From positions 496,001 to 560,000 of the forward strand of contig BAAIJX010000004.1 of assembly GCA_054600435.1 (NCBI GenBank): a stretch of DNA of 64,000 nucleotides. The letters are read 5' to 3'. Position 1 is the stretch's first letter. The number at the start of each line of letters is the position of its first letter. The DNA comes from Neophaeotheca triangularis. Its lineage: Eukaryota. Positions 13,371 to 24,434 of the stretch are shown one piece after another. Position numbers and translations under genes: made by a program. The notes under the pieces are model-generated. The model worked only from the letters and a program-made list of their open reading frames with translations, did not search any database and was not told the origin of the DNA.

Positions 13371-14098
13371 ATTGAACAGGCTCCCGTGTCAAAGGCTTTG
13401 CGGTGGGGGAATTAAAAAGGTCCAGTAAAGCAAGCCCCGATATGCGCAGCGGCCGAGAGTGTGGACAAGCGCGCAATCAAGGCACCGGCTTCCACAGCAT
13501 CAGAGGTCCAGTAGTCCATATAATCATGGCATCGGTATCGATGTGTTCTGAAGAGTCGGGGGGCAATACAGTGAACAACTGTCGCGGCCGCGGAGCAGTC
13601 GCAAAATGGCAGTTTTGCAGTTGTTAATCAGAATACCTGGGAAAGCGTGTTGAAATGGCGAAAGGCTAGACGCAATGTCAATGGGAAGTTGTTATTGCTG
13701 GCGTGTACCTGGCCGACATCAAGGTTTGAGGTTTAGGGACTGGCCACTGGCCAGAGGAGAGGGTGTACTGTCACGTGGAGGCTGCCGACTCCCGACTCCC
13801 GTCGTTCTCGAACCTCGCTCGACCTGACACGCGGGCAGCGGCACGGCCACGCCGGTCGCAACCTCTTACCATAATAGGTAGGTAAGGTAGGTCAGTAAGG
13901 TTAGGTAGTATAATAAAGCACCCTGTAGCATGCACAGTATAAGGTACTTGTGCATCTCACGTTATGATGGTTAAGTTATACTTATCGGACAATCAAGTCA
14001 CATGATCTAATGCTAGCTGGCAGCTCGAAATCGCACAATTGCAACCACTACCTTACACGCGATACCGTGCTCTTAATCAACCACTGCCAATCGCAATC

Positions 14099-16021
14099 AT
14101 GGACATCACCACCTTCATCCAGAGCCGCCGCGAGATCCTCCAGATAGGCGACTACAGCACATATCGCGCTCAACTCTCCCGCCAAATCCTGGGACTGCGC
14201 AAGCGGTTGGGACGAGCGACGCCGAAGCGCGAGAAGTTCAGCCCAAAGCCAATAACCACCGAAGATATTGGCCGGAACCATGAGTTTGCTCATTTGCTGT
14301 TGCTCCAAGCTGAGCGCGCGTGGGCGCATGCAATGCACGTCAAGACGAGCCACTCCGAAGACGCTGGTGGCATCACAGGATCAACCAGAAGCCACATTAT
14401 TTCTCGTCTCAGCAAGGCCGCCAAAACCGCGGCCGAGCTGGTCGACAGCTTGAAAGACACCGCTACCAGCAAGGCCACAGGAGAGGATGTGTTGGAGAGC
14501 AGGGCATACTTGGCTTCGCTGGCCGGTGGGGAGCAATTCGAGAAGCTTTCCGAGGGGCAGAGGTCGAGTGATGGTCAGGCTAGTGAGAAGAGGTGGCAGT
14601 CTTGCTTGAAACTGTACGCAGAAGCCAGAGTCATTTATGCGGCGTTCTACGAGAAACTGCGCAAGGAAGTTCACCGTGAGGTGCTGGCCAATACTGTCGA
14701 CCCTACCATCCGATACGCCGCATACCAAGCCCACATTTCGAGAACCATTGCAATTGAGACGGTTGCCAAGAGATACTTTCCAAAGGAGGACCAGGATCTG
14801 GTGAAAGCTGTTGAGAGGCTGGATACGTATGCGCTCAAGGACAAGCCGAAAGCAGACAAAGAGGAGGATCGGGTGTCTAGCCCTCAAGATGTTCCAAACA
14901 GCATCAGCTGGCGAGGCCGCAAAGCAAACATTGTCGATGCTTCGATAGGGCAAGCATTGGCAAGTGTTTCCCTCGCAGAGAAGAAGCTGGCCTCCCATCT
15001 CTCAGCCAACGCGGACGCTACTTCGCGGGCGAAAGCAGCAGCCTTTGACGAGATCCTGATTGCTTCCCAAGACGCTGTGGATGCCACAAAACGAAGTCTC
15101 GACGAATTGGAGAAAGAGCGAGTTGACGAAGGCGACCCACGCATGCAAGACCTTAGAGTCACAAGCTTGGCCGTGAACTACGACTTGGTCAGCTGGCGCG
15201 TTGGCAGAAATCGCATCCTCATCGGTGACGACTACGGCATGACTTTCGAGCCGCAAGTGCAAAAGAAGCCAAAGCGCCTACGCAAGGACGGTAAAGAGCA
15301 CCCCGATAAGGAAGAAGGCCGAGGCCGAAAGCTCGCTAGACTCCGCGAGCGTGTTGTCCTATACGACGCAACTCTTCAGTCGATTGAGTCGGTGAAAAGC
15401 CTCCCGGGAGCCATGCGCGATGCCAAGTTCGTGGAGGAACTCGACAACAAAACCTTCTTTTTTCGCGCGCTCAAATGCCTCAATATCTCCTACTCCCACA
15501 GCCTTCTAGGCAACCACCTCAATGCTCTCGCACTGATTCAACGCGCCCGCGAACTCAGCTCTGTCGAAATCCCCACGGCCCAATCCGACTCCTCGGTCCC
15601 GAGCCTCGAAATCTCACCCCTGGCTTCGGAAGCTCTCAAGAACCACACCAGCGCCTTGCTCAATCGCACTCACGCTTTGGTTGAAATGCACAAGCTCGAG
15701 ACAAACGCCACCGTAGCTGCAAAAAAGAACATGACTTCAGCGGCACCGCTGGTGGAAGATCTGTACGCTTATCCGACGCCTGGGGTGCAAGTGGACTGCA
15801 AGAAGCTGGTGCAGTATCCACCCAAGATTGAAGCGGTGCCTGTCAAGCCCATGTTCTTAGACGTGGCGTGGAATTATATCGATTACCCTGGGAGAAAGGC
15901 TGCGGAAGTGCAAGCGCCGACGTCCGCGACGAAGGAAGTGGAGATGGCTGATGTTGCTCAGGAGGAGCAGCCCAAGCAAGAAAAGAAGAAGGGGGGTTGG
16001 TTCAGTTTTGGTAGGGGTTGA
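14099..16021 (+). CDS. SRP68: Signal recognition particle subunit SRP68
   Basis: DYSTYRAQLSRQ, LLLQAERAWAHAM, HIISRLSKA, VDPTIRYAAY, KPMFLDVAWNYIDYP, C-terminal KKGGWFSFG. Confidence 0.92.
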   Translation: MDITTFIQSRREILQIGDYSTYRAQLSRQILGLRKRLGRATPKREKFSPKPITTEDIGRNHEFAHLLLLQAERAWAHAMHVKTSHSEDAGGITGSTRSHIISRLSKAAKTAAELVDSLKDTATSKATGEDVLESRAYLASLAGGEQFEKLSEGQRSSDGQASEKRWQSCLKLYAEARVIYAAFYEKLRKEVHREVLANTVDPTIRYAAYQAHISRTIAIETVAKRYFPKEDQDLVKAVERLDTYALKDKPKADKEEDRVSSPQDVPNSISWRGRKANIVDASIGQALASVSLAEKKLASHLSANADATSRAKAAAFDEILIASQDAVDATKRSLDELEKERVDEGDPRMQDLRVTSLAVNYDLVSWRVGRNRILIGDDYGMTFEPQVQKKPKRLRKDGKEHPDKEEGRGRKLARLRERVVLYDATLQSIESVKSLPGAMRDAKFVEELDNKTFFFRALKCLNISYSHSLLGNHLNALALIQRARELSSVEIPTAQSDSSVPSLEISPLASEALKNHTSALLNRTHALVEMHKLETNATVAAKKNMTSAAPLVEDLYAYPTPGVQVDCKKLVQYPPKIEAVPVKPMFLDVAWNYIDYPGRKAAEVQAPTSATKEVEMADVAQEEQPKQEKKKGGWFSFGRG

Positions 16022-16974
16022 AGGGGTGCGAACTAGCAGTCTTGGGTGCTTCGTCTTCTGGTCTGCTCAAATTTTGGTAGAACCAATAGTCAAGACATGG
16101 CGAAGAGTCACACGTGCCGAAGAAGCTAGACGAATATGACTGACGAGGACATATAGACTTTGTAAAGTCGACACTCTAGAATACGCTCGCATCTAGAAAG
16201 AAACATCGTGCTCCCAAACCTCAGGCTCCGGCGAGTGCTGAGCAGCGCAGCTCGTTCCTTCCCAGGCAACGCCTTCCCAAGCAGCAGTATAGCCAGTCCC
16301 CACCTGCCACGCCCATCACCAATCCCGCCCAAAGCAGCAAGCAGACTCCATATCTCAAACCACATCCTCGTGACCTCAGTAGAAGCGCAGAAGACCTGAG
16401 GGCGTGCCGTGAGCCGCCCGCGTCTAGCCTTCCGAATAGAGCCAGAGTGGGCTCCGCGCCTTGTTGTGCGCGTCTACACAGCTTGCAAGCCGTGGGAAGA
16501 GCGCAGGGGTTCGATCCTCTCAATTGGCGCAGCAATTCCTCCGAGAAGAAAAAAAACTCAGCAGGGAGTTTCGAGGTCGCTTCTGCAATGGAGCAAGTCA
16601 CACCACAGGAGTTCTGTTTACCTGTTGGGTCTATCCACGTTCTGAGCTACCGTTCTCAAACACCCTTGAGACCCGTGAAGCGTGATTCCAGCCCCGGCCG
16701 TGATGGTGCAGGCGGTTGGGTTGCGTGGATTGGGGATCGGGCGGAGAGGTCGGGAGTGGACGAATTGGAAAGAAGCAAAAACGAAAACCAGCCTTGATTC
16801 GTTAAGGTGCCTCCAAGTGGTTTGGTTCCTCTAAAAAAGGTTATACTTTTGCTCTGTGGAGGTTTGGTTTGGGTTCACTTTTTGGTGTGGTCTTGGTACG
16901 TATACATGTAGGGGCTGAGGCAGACGTTGGCAAGCAAGCATAGGGTTCAGCGCTCGTAGGTGTCGAGGCATAGG

Positions 16975-17255
16975 TACGACCTTTAGTCTTATCTTCATGG
17001 CTATTTCTATCTTTAATTCCATTTTACCTACTTTGGCTTTGGCCTTTACTCTGATCTTTATTCTTATTTGTATCACTTGTTATCCACCTTTACTCCTGCC
17101 TTCACTCCTATTTCTACTCACTTTACTTCTATTTTGACTTCTATGTTCACTCTTACTTCTACTTTATCCTACATGTACCCCTACCTCTACTCGTACTCTA
17201 ACACTTCTCTTCCTAGCTTGACTCCTATTTTTACTCTTACTTTCAATCTTTAAGC
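16975..17255. repeat. Pyrimidine-rich, AT-rich, degenerate low-complexity tract with roughly 6-nt period
   Basis: Recurrent TCTACT/TTTACT/TCTATT-like units, few G on the + strand, TpA-rich. Confidence 0.6.
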
Positions 17256-17498
17256 CTACAGTTCCTCCTACCTGAAATAAGATATGGAGCATTTTCCAGA
17301 AGAGAATCCTGAAACTGCTAACTTTTAGACGGAAAAGCTCTCGTACATGTCACGCTATGTGATGTTACAAACATGCCACAAGATACAGATAAACAGGGTA
17401 GGATCCGCCCGCTCAACGGCCTCCAAACGTACGACGCCAGCACACCAAACAGGCGCTGCACGGTCCTTAAAACGCCAAACCTACTTCCGCAAAGCCGT

Positions 17499-20400
17499 CT
17501 ACCTCAAACTCCCCTTGCTCCCTCTCCTCCCTACAGAAAAAACACTCTGCTTGGCACTCCCACTCGGGCTGCCAACCGCACCCTCACCTCCAGCCAAACT
17601 ACCCCCTCTGCCGCGTCCCCTCCCCACCCCACCCCTGTCGACGCCCAGTTCCTCCCAGACACTCCCATCAACCCCCAAACCCAACTCACAAACCCTGCCC
17701 AAAACCCCCGATACCGCCCTCTGCAACTCCCCTCCCATTTCTCTCTGCAAAAGCCCCACAGCCGCGGGAGCGAAGAGACCGACAAACCGCTTAAATCCTT
17801 CGTCATCGAAACCACTCACGTAGCCATCGAGAACGTCCACAACCACCGGGCGCCAAGTAACGATGTTCCGCTGTTGAGTTTCCTCGTCGAGCATGATGTA
17901 AGAGCGAAGGATCTCCTTGCACAGCGGGATCAGAGCTTTCTCCGTTTCCGGCCGGCTTGCGGCACGTTCCGGGGAGGTGTCGGCGTACATGCGCAGCAGG
18001 ATGAGGACGTACACGGACGCGGAGCCAGATTCCTGCTTGAGGAGGTTGGGCGGCTGGCGCATGAAGCCTTCACGAAATAGTCTGCTTCGCAATTCGCGGT
18101 CTTCGTTGAAGCGTTTGGCGAAGTGATAGGATTTTTTGAGGAGCGACATTAGTTTGAGCAGCAGGTGCGAGGGGATGCTGCTGTAGACAGCGTCGTTGTT
18201 GAAGAGCTCGCTAACGGTTTCGATCATTAGGAGTTGCAGGACGCATTTTGTGATGATCTGGTTGAAGAATTTGCGGCGGGCGGCTGTGACCACGACCGGG
18301 GCGTTTTGGGTTGGGCTTGCCGTGTTGTTGAAGGCTTCGAGGGGTTCGTTGTTAGAGCCCGATTTCGCAGGTGGGAAATGAGAAGGTTCTTCGGCGAGGA
18401 TGAGCCTGTTGTTGCCTTCACCGTCTTCTTCGCTGGGTGTGTCGCCATTGGGGGCGCTATCGTCTGTGGGGGTTTCGGCAGGGAGGCCGTTGATTTTGAG
18501 AGCGTTGCTTGCGGGCGAGATGCTCGCGGTGTCCTCGGCCGTCGTCTTGGTCTCGCCGTACGAGCTGTCCTTGCTGTAGCTTGAACTGGTGGCGGCCGAG
18601 AACAAATCCCTCGCCTCGGTCTTCGCAAATAATTCCACAAAAGCCCCGACAATCTTCTCCCAGTGCTCAGGCGTGAAGCGCTTTACGTTCTGCAAGATGA
18701 GCTGCTGTAGACAATTGCTCCCAATCCTTGCCAAGGTGTCATTTTCCTGGCAGATACACAATGCCAGCAGATCCAAGAATCGATCGAGCATGTACTCCAA
18801 GCCATCGAAGAAGTGCGTGAACAGCGTGATCATATTCCGCAGTGCCTGAATCATGGTTGTGCTCAACCACACACTCAACTCTTCGTGATTGTGCATCTTG
18901 CTCATCTCGTTGTTCGACTTCATTACCATGAAAATGGGGTACAGCAGCTGTCGCCACAAGGTATCCCAGAAATCACGAGGAAACTCTTGGCCATACTTGG
19001 TAAGAGTATCGAATAGATAGTTCAGAGCTCTGCTGCGCACTTCCAAGTCCTCGCCCGTCATGAGCACGTCGTGGAAAGCAAAGAGCACGGGGAACCAGAA
19101 CTGCTCCTCCTGCGTCTGGCGGGTTGGCTGCTTAGGTAAACCAGCTGCAGTCGGGGCATCGAGCTTGACATTTGCTGTCGTGGCGGCTTTCTGGCTGAGA
19201 GAGCATTCTGGCGTGCGCAGCATCTTCGGCACACTGAACTTGAGAGTCTCAATGGCCTGTAAGCTCTTCTTCTGGAACTTCATATTCTTGCTGAACTCCG
19301 TCAAGCACACGACCAAATCCGCGAAAGCGCCCTGCGAGATGACCACTCCAAAGCGATCGTTGTAGACTTGCGTGACGTTGTCGAAAGCCAGGTTCACGAT
19401 GCTCTCGTACGGCTCTCTGGCTGCGACGGTGAAAACACCGAACATGGTCCTCCAGCCACTACGAATCATATCGCCTCTCGCCTGTATCATCTGGATCAGA
19501 CATCTCAACACCAGGTCTTTGACATTGACCTGGCTGGCGTTGGCCAATATCAACTCAAAGGGCTTGAGGAAGTCCTTTTGGAATTTGAAACCGGGAAGTT
19601 CTTCAATCTCCATGAAGCGCATACTCAGCTGTCGCAGCGAGTTGAGAGCAAAGTAGACGACGTGCGTGTTGTTGTGGCACCCGACGTCGATGAAGTGCTG
19701 GCCCAGAATCGCCCAGATGGAGGTCCATTCGAAGCGCACACGGGTCATGTTGTAGCCACTGATCTCGACGAGCTTTTGAAGGGAGTAGGTCCGCGGGCTG
19801 TCGGACTGACCGGACGATTGAATCTCTTGCCAGCTAACTTGCGTTAAAGCGCGAACGAAATGGACGATGGCGTCGCCGGAGAGATTGGCCGTGTTGGTGA
19901 AGACACGATCGACGCCGCGAATCATGTCGGCGCTTCTGCTCTCTTCCGCAATCTCGGCGTGGAAAGTACTCGGAGTCGGCTTGGCCGTCGGCCGTCGTGA
20001 AGCATGCATGCTCTTTCTCCCAGCACCAGCGCCACCACTGCTCTGCCCACCACCCTGCTGCCCTTGCGCCCTGAGCATATCCGGCACAGCACCCTCTTCC
20101 ACTCCAGAACTAATCAGCTGAAATCGATCCAGCTGACTGATGCAAGTCAAAACGTCTCTCCAACTCTCCTGCAACAAATTGCCCTCAGTATAAGCCACAT
20201 CCAACAGCGCTTTCAGCGCCTCCACATTCTTCGCCTTCATCTCACTCAAGTTGTACAGGTTTGTCGATCTCGAAAGGGAGCCTACAAAAGCCTGCCGCGG
20301 ATCCTCCAAATCGAAGAGACAAGCGATGCGGATCGCGAGTTTTTGTCCTTCCATGCAAAGTTTGATGGCTTCGACATTCTGCGTCTCCTGCGCGCTTCCA

Positions 20401-23400
20401 CTGAGTGCTGTCAAGAACGACATCCACGAGACCTCAAACATGGGCCCCACGTGCTTGAAACTGCTGGCAGTGAGGAAGCGCCCTTTACTGGCACCACCAC
20501 CTGCAAGAGCGTCCCCAATCCCACCTGATCCGCCCCTCTTCTGCGCACGTAAGAGTGTCTTGAAGAGCTGCTCAGTCTTATTTGCCATCTCCTCACTAGC
20601 TTGCGCGTACGCTTCGCGCTGGAGATCGCGTCCTACAGTCGCGAGAGCATTGCCTATGCCCGCAGCCAGACCACCGCCTGAGTTCCCACCCTGCGGCAGC
20701 ATGCCCAGATTTGCGGCTGTCTCACGCTCGGTGTCGAGGACAATCTCATTGTGGGCAATTTCGTCGAAGATTCCGATCAGGTATTCGTCAGGCAGGTTTG
20801 CGTTGTCGTTGATACCGCGGTTGTTCTTGAGAAAATCTTCATGCGTCATGCGTTTCTTGACTTGTGAAGAATGCTGGTCGGTGTTGAGCATGATGACAGA
20901 GTAGGCGAGAACGTAAGCAGTGTCGGCGTTGGCGAAGGCGTTGGGGTTGCCGGTAGTGTAGCGTTCGGCGAACTTTAGCATAAGACGGTCGATCTTTTGT
21001 GATTCACCTGGTAGACGGAAGGATTGGAGGAAGCGGCGAAGGGCGTCGACGAAGCGGGTTTTGGAAAAGTCCATGCAGTCGATGAAGGCGTGCATGACTT
21101 GGATGTTTTCTTCATCGCCCTCGCCAAGGTATTCGCCGAGCGTCTTCTTGTTGATGCGTTCGTTGCTGATGAGGAAACGGGCGATTTCGACAGGGTCGCG
21201 GGTCGAGATGAAACCGGAGTCGAGAAGGGATTGTAGACCGCGTTTCGGTTTGAAGTTGAATTGGCGGATGGCGTTGTTCATCGCCGTTTTGCGCTGCTTA
21301 ACTCTGTCGAGTTCGGCGGGATCGTCTTCGGGGACGGGGGTTTGGGGGAGGGGCGTGCTGCTTTCCAGAGATTGCACAGTGGGGGAACCATTGGCGCCGC
21401 TTTCTGCGCGAGGATCAATGCGGGTATCGATGCTTTCCCTGAGATCTTCAACCGATGCCCTCCCGTCACCTTCCTGCATCATGCTGGCGGCAGTCTCGTT
21501 CACGCCCTGCTGACTCCAGTTGACCAAACTTCGCAGGACTTCAGCAAGGCACTCGAGGCTCTGCATTTTCATAGCGTAGTCGTGAGGGTAGCCCTGGTCA
21601 TGCTCATTCGGCGCCTGCATGTTCGTGGTGGCTAGGCTGGGCGGTAGAGTGCCTCGATGCTGCCAATCGTTCGCTCCGTTGCTGGCTTGCTTCGCCGCGT
21701 GCTCTTGATAAGCCTGCTGCTGCATGCCATTTACCGTGACGGGCTGGCCAGCTAACCGCGAGACGTGCTCTATGATTCGCTGATACATATTGTCCAGTGC
21801 TGCGCGGTCACAGTCGTAGTTGAGGTAGATCTCAACGAGGGCTCTGGGATCGTTGCCCAGCCTTCCAAACACGTTTTGGATAACATAGCTCTTCTGCCAC
21901 CCAGGCGATGCTCGCTTCTCCAAAATAGTGAGGTAAATTTCTTTGAGGAAAACCTCAAGCTCGCGCTTGAGCTGGGATCTCAAATAGCGCATTATGAGCC
22001 AGAAAATCTCGGCGGACACCTCGAACACTCGACTCACGGAGCTGGCGCCATTCCGAGACAAGGACAGGCAGAGGTATTGCTTGATAGCTTGGGTGAAGCC
22101 GGTGGGCTCGCCGTTTGACGAGCTGCGAATGGTCGAGTGTGGTGATGTGAAGACCAAATGGTGGTTAAACAGCGTCGTGTGTATGATGTGAAGTGAGAGA
22201 AGCTTGCTTCGCATGCCTTGAGACTTGATATCCACGGCATCTTCAATTCGCAAAGACTTCGTCGAGAGTTTGCACATTGCGCGAAAGACGAGGAAAGCGT
22301 CTTTGATGTATATCTCGTCCTCTTCCTCATCTTCGGTGGACGCCTCGATTCCCTCTCCTTGCACAGTGATGGATGGGACTTCTGCCCCTGAGCCTGATCT
22401 TTCCGTTCGCTTGCTCTTGGACTGTCGGCCAGCTCTTGTCACGGTGGTAGGTGCGGTCTCGGTCAGCCTCGTATCGTCGAATGACCTTCTCGTCTCGAAT
22501 GTCTGCAGAGTCATCTTAGGCCCCTCGGAAGAGCTCTCTGGTTCGGTTACGGCCGGCGTTTCCTCTCCATTAAGTGCAGATGGGCTGTCGCCGCCATTTG
22601 CCGGACTGGGAGAAGTACCGTGCCCTAAACTAGACTTGGAGCTGTTTATCCTCTCCTTCTTAGTCGCCAATCGCACCTTGACTCTTTCAAAGACTGTGCC
22701 GACCATCTGAGTCAGCGTTCCTTGCGCGATTTGCTGGTTAGCACTGCTCTTGGAAAGCAAGAAGATGTTGTATGTTTGTCTAACACTCTTGAGAAGACCC
22801 GCTCCGTGTACTACAATCTTGTCGTTCAATATGGCTGCCAGCAAGCTCTTGATAATCTGCATCTGTACCTCAGCCGGCGTCGCCTCGCCCTGGAAGCAAT
22901 CGCAGATGGTGTCAATAGCCCGTTCGATCAAGGGTGTTTTCCGCTGTTGCTCGTCTTCGGAGGAAGGCGGTGGTGCGGAGAAGTAGGAGTAGCTGATGAG
23001 CTTGCCAATGCAATCCAGTGCTGTGGTGACGACAGCCACGGTAGAAGCCTCAGTAGCAAGATTGAGCGGCTCAAACAAGATCTCCGGGTCGAGCTGGCCG
23101 GCGTCCCCCTGTGCGCTACGGATTGCTTGCAAAGCCCTTTGCGTCGAGTCCGCCAAAGGCTTTCGTTTCCTGGCGTCTTTGCTCGCAGCAATGCTTTCTA
23201 ACGCGGTCACGACGAACACCATGGAGCTTCGAGTACTGCGCGCAGTTGATCGTGTCCCGGTCGTGTTCATAGTCCCCGTTGTGGATTGGGAGTCAGTTCG
23301 CTCGCGACCACTCGAAGCTAGCGCAGTAACAGGGGTATCCGGCGCTGTAGTTGGGGCAGACTCCTGGGGTGTTTCCGAGGGTTGGGTAGGTGTATCTTCT

Positions 23401-23717
23401 CGGGATGGTTGTTGCACAGGCGGCGACGACAAGGACTCGACCGGAGACTCATCTCGAGTCGTCTCCGACAATGGGGGCTCGTGTTGCGGTTGTAGTTGCT
23501 GTTCCGGCTCATCTTGTGGATCAACCTCGTGGTCTTCCTCCCCAGTCGCATCGTCGGTAGGTCGCTCTGCTTCCTGCTCCACTTTATCCGCCTCATCCTC
23601 TTCCTCTACATCTTGCGTATCGCGTACCATTTGTTGCCCCCCGTCCTCTCCCGCTTCCGTCACCCCCGGCCGCGCCGGCGAGTCCTGCCGCTGCTGCTGT
23701 TGCTCCTCGTCGGCCAT
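17499..23717 (-). CDS. SEC7: Large ARF guanine-nucleotide exchange factor Sec7/BIG, 2072 aa, apparently intronless
   Basis: DCB, HUS box (YLNYDCD), Sec7 domain (FRLPGESQKIDR, IMLNTDQH), HDS domains (NSLRQLS, FQKDFLKPF). Confidence 0.97.
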   Translation of the reverse strand: MADEEQQQQRQDSPARPGVTEAGEDGGQQMVRDTQDVEEEDEADKVEQEAERPTDDATGEEDHEVDPQDEPEQQLQPQHEPPLSETTRDESPVESLSSPPVQQPSREDTPTQPSETPQESAPTTAPDTPVTALASSGRERTDSQSTTGTMNTTGTRSTARSTRSSMVFVVTALESIAASKDARKRKPLADSTQRALQAIRSAQGDAGQLDPEILFEPLNLATEASTVAVVTTALDCIGKLISYSYFSAPPPSSEDEQQRKTPLIERAIDTICDCFQGEATPAEVQMQIIKSLLAAILNDKIVVHGAGLLKSVRQTYNIFLLSKSSANQQIAQGTLTQMVGTVFERVKVRLATKKERINSSKSSLGHGTSPSPANGGDSPSALNGEETPAVTEPESSSEGPKMTLQTFETRRSFDDTRLTETAPTTVTRAGRQSKSKRTERSGSGAEVPSITVQGEGIEASTEDEEEDEIYIKDAFLVFRAMCKLSTKSLRIEDAVDIKSQGMRSKLLSLHIIHTTLFNHHLVFTSPHSTIRSSSNGEPTGFTQAIKQYLCLSLSRNGASSVSRVFEVSAEIFWLIMRYLRSQLKRELEVFLKEIYLTILEKRASPGWQKSYVIQNVFGRLGNDPRALVEIYLNYDCDRAALDNMYQRIIEHVSRLAGQPVTVNGMQQQAYQEHAAKQASNGANDWQHRGTLPPSLATTNMQAPNEHDQGYPHDYAMKMQSLECLAEVLRSLVNWSQQGVNETAASMMQEGDGRASVEDLRESIDTRIDPRAESGANGSPTVQSLESSTPLPQTPVPEDDPAELDRVKQRKTAMNNAIRQFNFKPKRGLQSLLDSGFISTRDPVEIARFLISNERINKKTLGEYLGEGDEENIQVMHAFIDCMDFSKTRFVDALRRFLQSFRLPGESQKIDRLMLKFAERYTTGNPNAFANADTAYVLAYSVIMLNTDQHSSQVKKRMTHEDFLKNNRGINDNANLPDEYLIGIFDEIAHNEIVLDTERETAANLGMLPQGGNSGGGLAAGIGNALATVGRDLQREAYAQASEEMANKTEQLFKTLLRAQKRGGSGGIGDALAGGGASKGRFLTASSFKHVGPMFEVSWMSFLTALSGSAQETQNVEAIKLCMEGQKLAIRIACLFDLEDPRQAFVGSLSRSTNLYNLSEMKAKNVEALKALLDVAYTEGNLLQESWRDVLTCISQLDRFQLISSGVEEGAVPDMLRAQGQQGGGQSSGGAGAGRKSMHASRRPTAKPTPSTFHAEIAEESRSADMIRGVDRVFTNTANLSGDAIVHFVRALTQVSWQEIQSSGQSDSPRTYSLQKLVEISGYNMTRVRFEWTSIWAILGQHFIDVGCHNNTHVVYFALNSLRQLSMRFMEIEELPGFKFQKDFLKPFELILANASQVNVKDLVLRCLIQMIQARGDMIRSGWRTMFGVFTVAAREPYESIVNLAFDNVTQVYNDRFGVVISQGAFADLVVCLTEFSKNMKFQKKSLQAIETLKFSVPKMLRTPECSLSQKAATTANVKLDAPTAAGLPKQPTRQTQEEQFWFPVLFAFHDVLMTGEDLEVRSRALNYLFDTLTKYGQEFPRDFWDTLWRQLLYPIFMVMKSNNEMSKMHNHEELSVWLSTTMIQALRNMITLFTHFFDGLEYMLDRFLDLLALCICQENDTLARIGSNCLQQLILQNVKRFTPEHWEKIVGAFVELFAKTEARDLFSAATSSSYSKDSSYGETKTTAEDTASISPASNALKINGLPAETPTDDSAPNGDTPSEEDGEGNNRLILAEEPSHFPPAKSGSNNEPLEAFNNTASPTQNAPVVVTAARRKFFNQIITKCVLQLLMIETVSELFNNDAVYSSIPSHLLLKLMSLLKKSYHFAKRFNEDRELRSRLFREGFMRQPPNLLKQESGSASVYVLILLRMYADTSPERAASRPETEKALIPLCKEILRSYIMLDEETQQRNIVTWRPVVVDVLDGYVSGFDDEGFKRFVGLFAPAAVGLLQREMGGELQRAVSGVLGRVCELGLGVDGSVWEELGVDRGGVGRGRGRGGSLAGGEGAVGSPSGSAKQSVFSVGRRGSKGSLR

Positions 23718-24434
23718 TCCAGCACTTGGGAGACCTGGAGCTACTCTGTCAAAAGTTGCGTTGATGGCATAAGTAGAATCATCGACGGGAGATTGAATAT
23801 CTCAATGGTCGAGCAGCGGGATGCGACGTGTTGTTTAGACAAGCTGTATACGGTACACTTAAGGCTGTAGCACTATTCGTCTCCAATCCGGGCAGCTAGC
23901 TGCCGTAAGCTGTAACGGGACTGGTACCTTACGGTGACAAAGAGCGGCCCGCCACGTGCTTACTTGCCAAGGGAGGGCATTGGACTCGACTTACCCGAGT
24001 CGGGTAGGTAATAAATAGGAGAATATCGATTGAAACTGTTCTCGCTGTACTACCATCGGTATTATACCCTCCAACTATGCACATCAATAGATGTACCCGA
24101 ATGTACAAGTGATGATACAGTACATGTATAGAAGGTAATAGGTAGAATCGGCCCGGTCTTCAAGGCTCTTGGCGTCGGAGGTTTCAATCGCTCTCTCCCG
24201 GCGGCGGGTCGAGCTTAGACCAATCTCAACGTCGGAAGAAGAAGAGCTGCCTCTCACCACGAAAATAGTCCGCTGTATTACCCTCATTACCAGATACCTC
24301 ACTCTACTACCACCACCACTACCCTCACCACCCCAACCACCGCCTACCCCGTCATCCTCCTCCTATCGTCGATTTCGTCGTCGCCCGGTCGTGGTAATAC
24401 TGACAGAGCAGAGGGGTGAGAAAGCGCATCAACA

